A stretch of 64,000 bases of DNA from Ginglymostoma cirratum (Eukaryota), in contig JAHRHZ010000263.1 in the NCBI GenBank assembly GCA_024137785.1, positions 39,061,067 to 39,125,066 on the forward strand, given 5' to 3'. The notes beneath the pieces were generated by a model, which saw only the letters and a list, made by a program, of their open reading frames with translations, was not told the DNA's origin and did no database searches. Shown piece by piece: positions 61,031 to 64,000 of the stretch (the first letter of the stretch is position 1; each line of letters starts with the position of its first letter). Both the position numbers and the translations under genes were made by a program.

Positions 61031-62830
61031 TGGCTTTCAGTAATGACAGGGACTTTTCCATACTTGTTCTTTCAGTCACTGCTACCATATAATAATATTC
61101 TTGATCTCACTGTGTCACTGCAGAACGTTCACCAAATTTGAGAGATAAGGAAACAGTAACTGAATTAAGAAACATCTTACTGCGGCTTCACCTTACCTTG
61201 AGGCCACAAGAATGTTATGTTGCATTCTTCTAATGACTCTGTTTTATTAGCAAATCACACAGTTAGAATTAACCCCATTTACTACAGTTGTAGCCACATG
61301 AATCCTGGAAAAGTGCCCAGCAGATGTTTTACAGCTTTATAAGTTGGAGAGCCCAGACTGGCCAGAACTACAATTTGCAAGAAAAAGAGTTTTGCCTTAA
61401 AGCTATCTGCCAACTCAGGAACATATTGCGGAGCCACATTGAAATCATCTGCTTAAATAATGTCAAAATCTGTGGCTAAAACTGTCTAATATTCCAGTGG
61501 AGTTGAACATTTTCTTAATTAATATTAATTTTAATTAATTTTTCTATTAATTGGTTCAGTCTTGCATACAAGTTGCTATGCAGTGGTGTAATGTGGGAAG
61601 TCAAGTATTTGTATAAAATTGAAAAGCCCAGCCTACATTTTTATGTGGCTTTGCATTTTAGGATCTGTTCAACTCTTGATGATGCTTTGAGCTTTAAGTA
61701 AATTATGTAGATTTAATCATGTGTTTAATTACTATTTTAAAATGATGGCCACAGCAGCCGTTAATGATTATAAGTGCCCGGTGGCCTACATATGCTCAGC
61801 CGTTTAGTATGTTGCATATGCTGAATCAGAATCAGAATCAGAGCTCCCCATTAATCATTGACCAGGGCTCCCTGATGTCCATATACATTCCCGAAATTAG
61901 TTATTGTTTATTTGTTTCAATTGTCAACATCCTACTTCATCTCCGCATAATTAAATGAAGTAACTTAGATGATGCAAAAACTGCAGATACTGAAAATCTG
62001 AAGGAGACATGGAAAATGCTAGAAATGCTCAGCCAGTGTGAAAGGAGACGACGTTAGTTTTTCAAAGGCAAATGGTCTTTCCACAGAGCGGGCAAAGTTG
62101 GAGATTTAACCGGCTTTAAACAAACACAGAAGCAGAGAGAAGGGGGAATGGGTGAGTTTATGGGAGAGGACAGAGCAACCACAAGATAAAGCCTATGACA
62201 GAAATAAAAATAGAAAGTGCTGGAAATATTCAACAGGTCAGAGATCCCTGTGGAGAATCTGTGGAGAGAAGCAGGGTTAATGGTTCAGGCCAACGATGCC
62301 TCTTCATTGGAAATGAGGGTGGAAAACAAAGTCATGTATTTTGAGTAAGTGGCTGGGGGAAGAAGATCAAAACCGGAAGGACTGTAACAACAGAGAGATT
62401 AATTGACAAAAAATTTTATGGTGATGGTGATGGGTAAAGAAACAAACCATTGTTCCAAACGAGATGTGGATGGCTGGACACAAATGAGTAAATAAATTAG
62501 AAAGACCTGTTTGGAAACTCTAACTTATCTTAATTCTGAAATAAAAACAAAGTGCTGGAATTTTCCTGGAAGTTCAAAGGAAGAGTCATATAGGTCGCTG
62601 AAATAACTATGCTTGTGAAAGAACTAGAACTGTGCCTGTGAGTAGAGGCCAGAGTGCAGTCTAGGTAAACCAGCGGAACACAGTCTGGGAGCGGAGTCTT
62701 AGAGTCATACAACATGGAAACAGACCCTATATTTCAACTAGTCCATGCTGACCATAATCCCAAACTAAACTAGTCCCACCTGCCTGGTGAGTGACTTGGA
62801 GGGGAACTTGCAGGTGGAGGTGTTCCTATG

Positions 62831-62954
62831 AGAGACAAAAGGTACTACAGATGCTGGAGAATCCGAGATAACAAGCATGGGGCTGGATGAACACAGCAGG
62901 TCAAGCAGCATCATAGGAGCAGGAAAACTTTCAGAGACAAAAGGTACTGCAGAC
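62831..62954 (-). mobile_element. Tiny Penelope insertion with terminal direct repeats and 9-bp TSD
   Basis: TSD GTTCCTATG at 62822-62830 and 62955-62963. AGAGACAAAAGGTACT(A/G)CAGA occurs at both ends. Same subfamily as 6811-7249. Confidence 0.8.
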
Positions 62955-64000
62955 GTTCCTATGTATCTGCTGGCCTTGTCCATTGAGCTGGAAGTAGCTG
63001 TGGGTTTGGAAGGTGCTGCCTAAGGATCCAGGGTGAATTTGTGTGTGTAGATACAAGAGGAGGTATGTCCTCACAGTGCTATGGATCATGTATTGTTTCT
63101 GTCAGCTACATTTTATATCTTTTGCCCAATGTGTGATTATTTTAATGGAGCATTATGTCCCTTTTTAAAGCAATATATCAGTGTTCGGAAGTGAAAGCAA
63201 GTTCAGACTACTTGAGTTTAATTTTTTGATCAGGTAATATTGTTAAGTATTTGTTATTTTTGGCTGAATTTCAGAAGCACCACTAATCATCAGATTGCCT
63301 GTAGCACTGTTTGTGCTGTTAGAGGCCACGCTCTTTTACAGCAAAGGAATGTTATATCGTTATTATGGTGCATTTTACCTTTGCAATACATATTGCAGAA
63401 GTGGAAAATGTTAAATTCAAAGCTGGATTTTACCAAATATTAGCTAAGTGTTAATTTTAGTGAGATTCATAGACAGTTTCTCTCCGTGAGCTTTCAAGCA
63501 ATTTTTCCCTGTTCATTTAAATATGCACACTTCAAGCCTGTATGGTGGTTCACTCACACACTATCATGCACTCACTAGTGCTGAAAGACCTGCCAGACAT
63601 TTCAGGATTGACACTTGAGCTGTGCACCAGGTCAATCGCTGGCAGTCAATGGCCCTTCACTGTACATGGAGTGGGAGTGAAACAAATAAGATCAGCTTCT
63701 GAGGGCACATAGGTGGCACAATGATTCTGCATTGGAAACAGATGCACATTCATACCACTTTATACCATCACCTGCCTGATCGACATGCAGCATTACAGCA
63801 GCTACAGGAGTCAGCATTCTGCCCCCAGTCTGATCCAAAAGTCAGAAACTAACCTTCAGAACACTAATCTCTACTCCACCATAGCATTTGTGAAGGAATG
63901 GGCTGCATTGTATCTATGTTCTGTCTCAGTCGGGGGTCGCAGAGAGTGACATTAGCCTCCCAGTAGCCATCTTTGGAAGGCGTTCATTCATTGAAATTAA

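Noticed and set aside
52792-64000. Search for the next MGAT4A exon (LEDDI...)
   Set aside because: Not seen. The intron probably continues past the window end.
1-64000. CRISPR array, operons or other prokaryotic systems
   Set aside because: The sequence is a spliced vertebrate locus with no regularly spaced repeat-spacer array. Most short ORFs in the track are spurious or transposon-derived.

Overview
Eukaryotic, repeat-rich genomic DNA, almost certainly from a cartilaginous fish (inferred from several HE1-type V-SINEs, SacSINE1-like SINEs and shark-type CR1/Penelope repeats). The window lies inside the + strand glycosyltransferase gene MGAT4A. Six consecutive internal coding exons (168, 141, 134, 47, 114 and 76 nt; all AG/GT-flanked and phase-compatible) were read directly. 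The ATG exon and the downstream catalytic exons were not found and probably lie outside the window. The introns are mostly transposon-derived. They hold Penelope-like elements (RT + GIY-YIG) of several families carrying minimal hammerhead-ribozyme motifs, short palindromic Penelope derivatives with TSDs whose breakpoints cluster at the ribozyme, CR1/L2-type LINE fragments, SINEs, a pogo/Tigger-like MITE and a decayed Gypsy-like element. There is also a 3.9 kb minus-strand LTR element with a tRNA-Ser PBS, no recognisable gag/pol and a decayed envelope-like membrane anchor. One 400-N assembly gap sits inside a palindrome. No wholly new system is demonstrated. The best leads are the env-bearing LTR element and the hammerhead-anchored palindromes. 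Repeat boundaries were read by eye and are approximate unless a TSD, TIR or splice site is cited.
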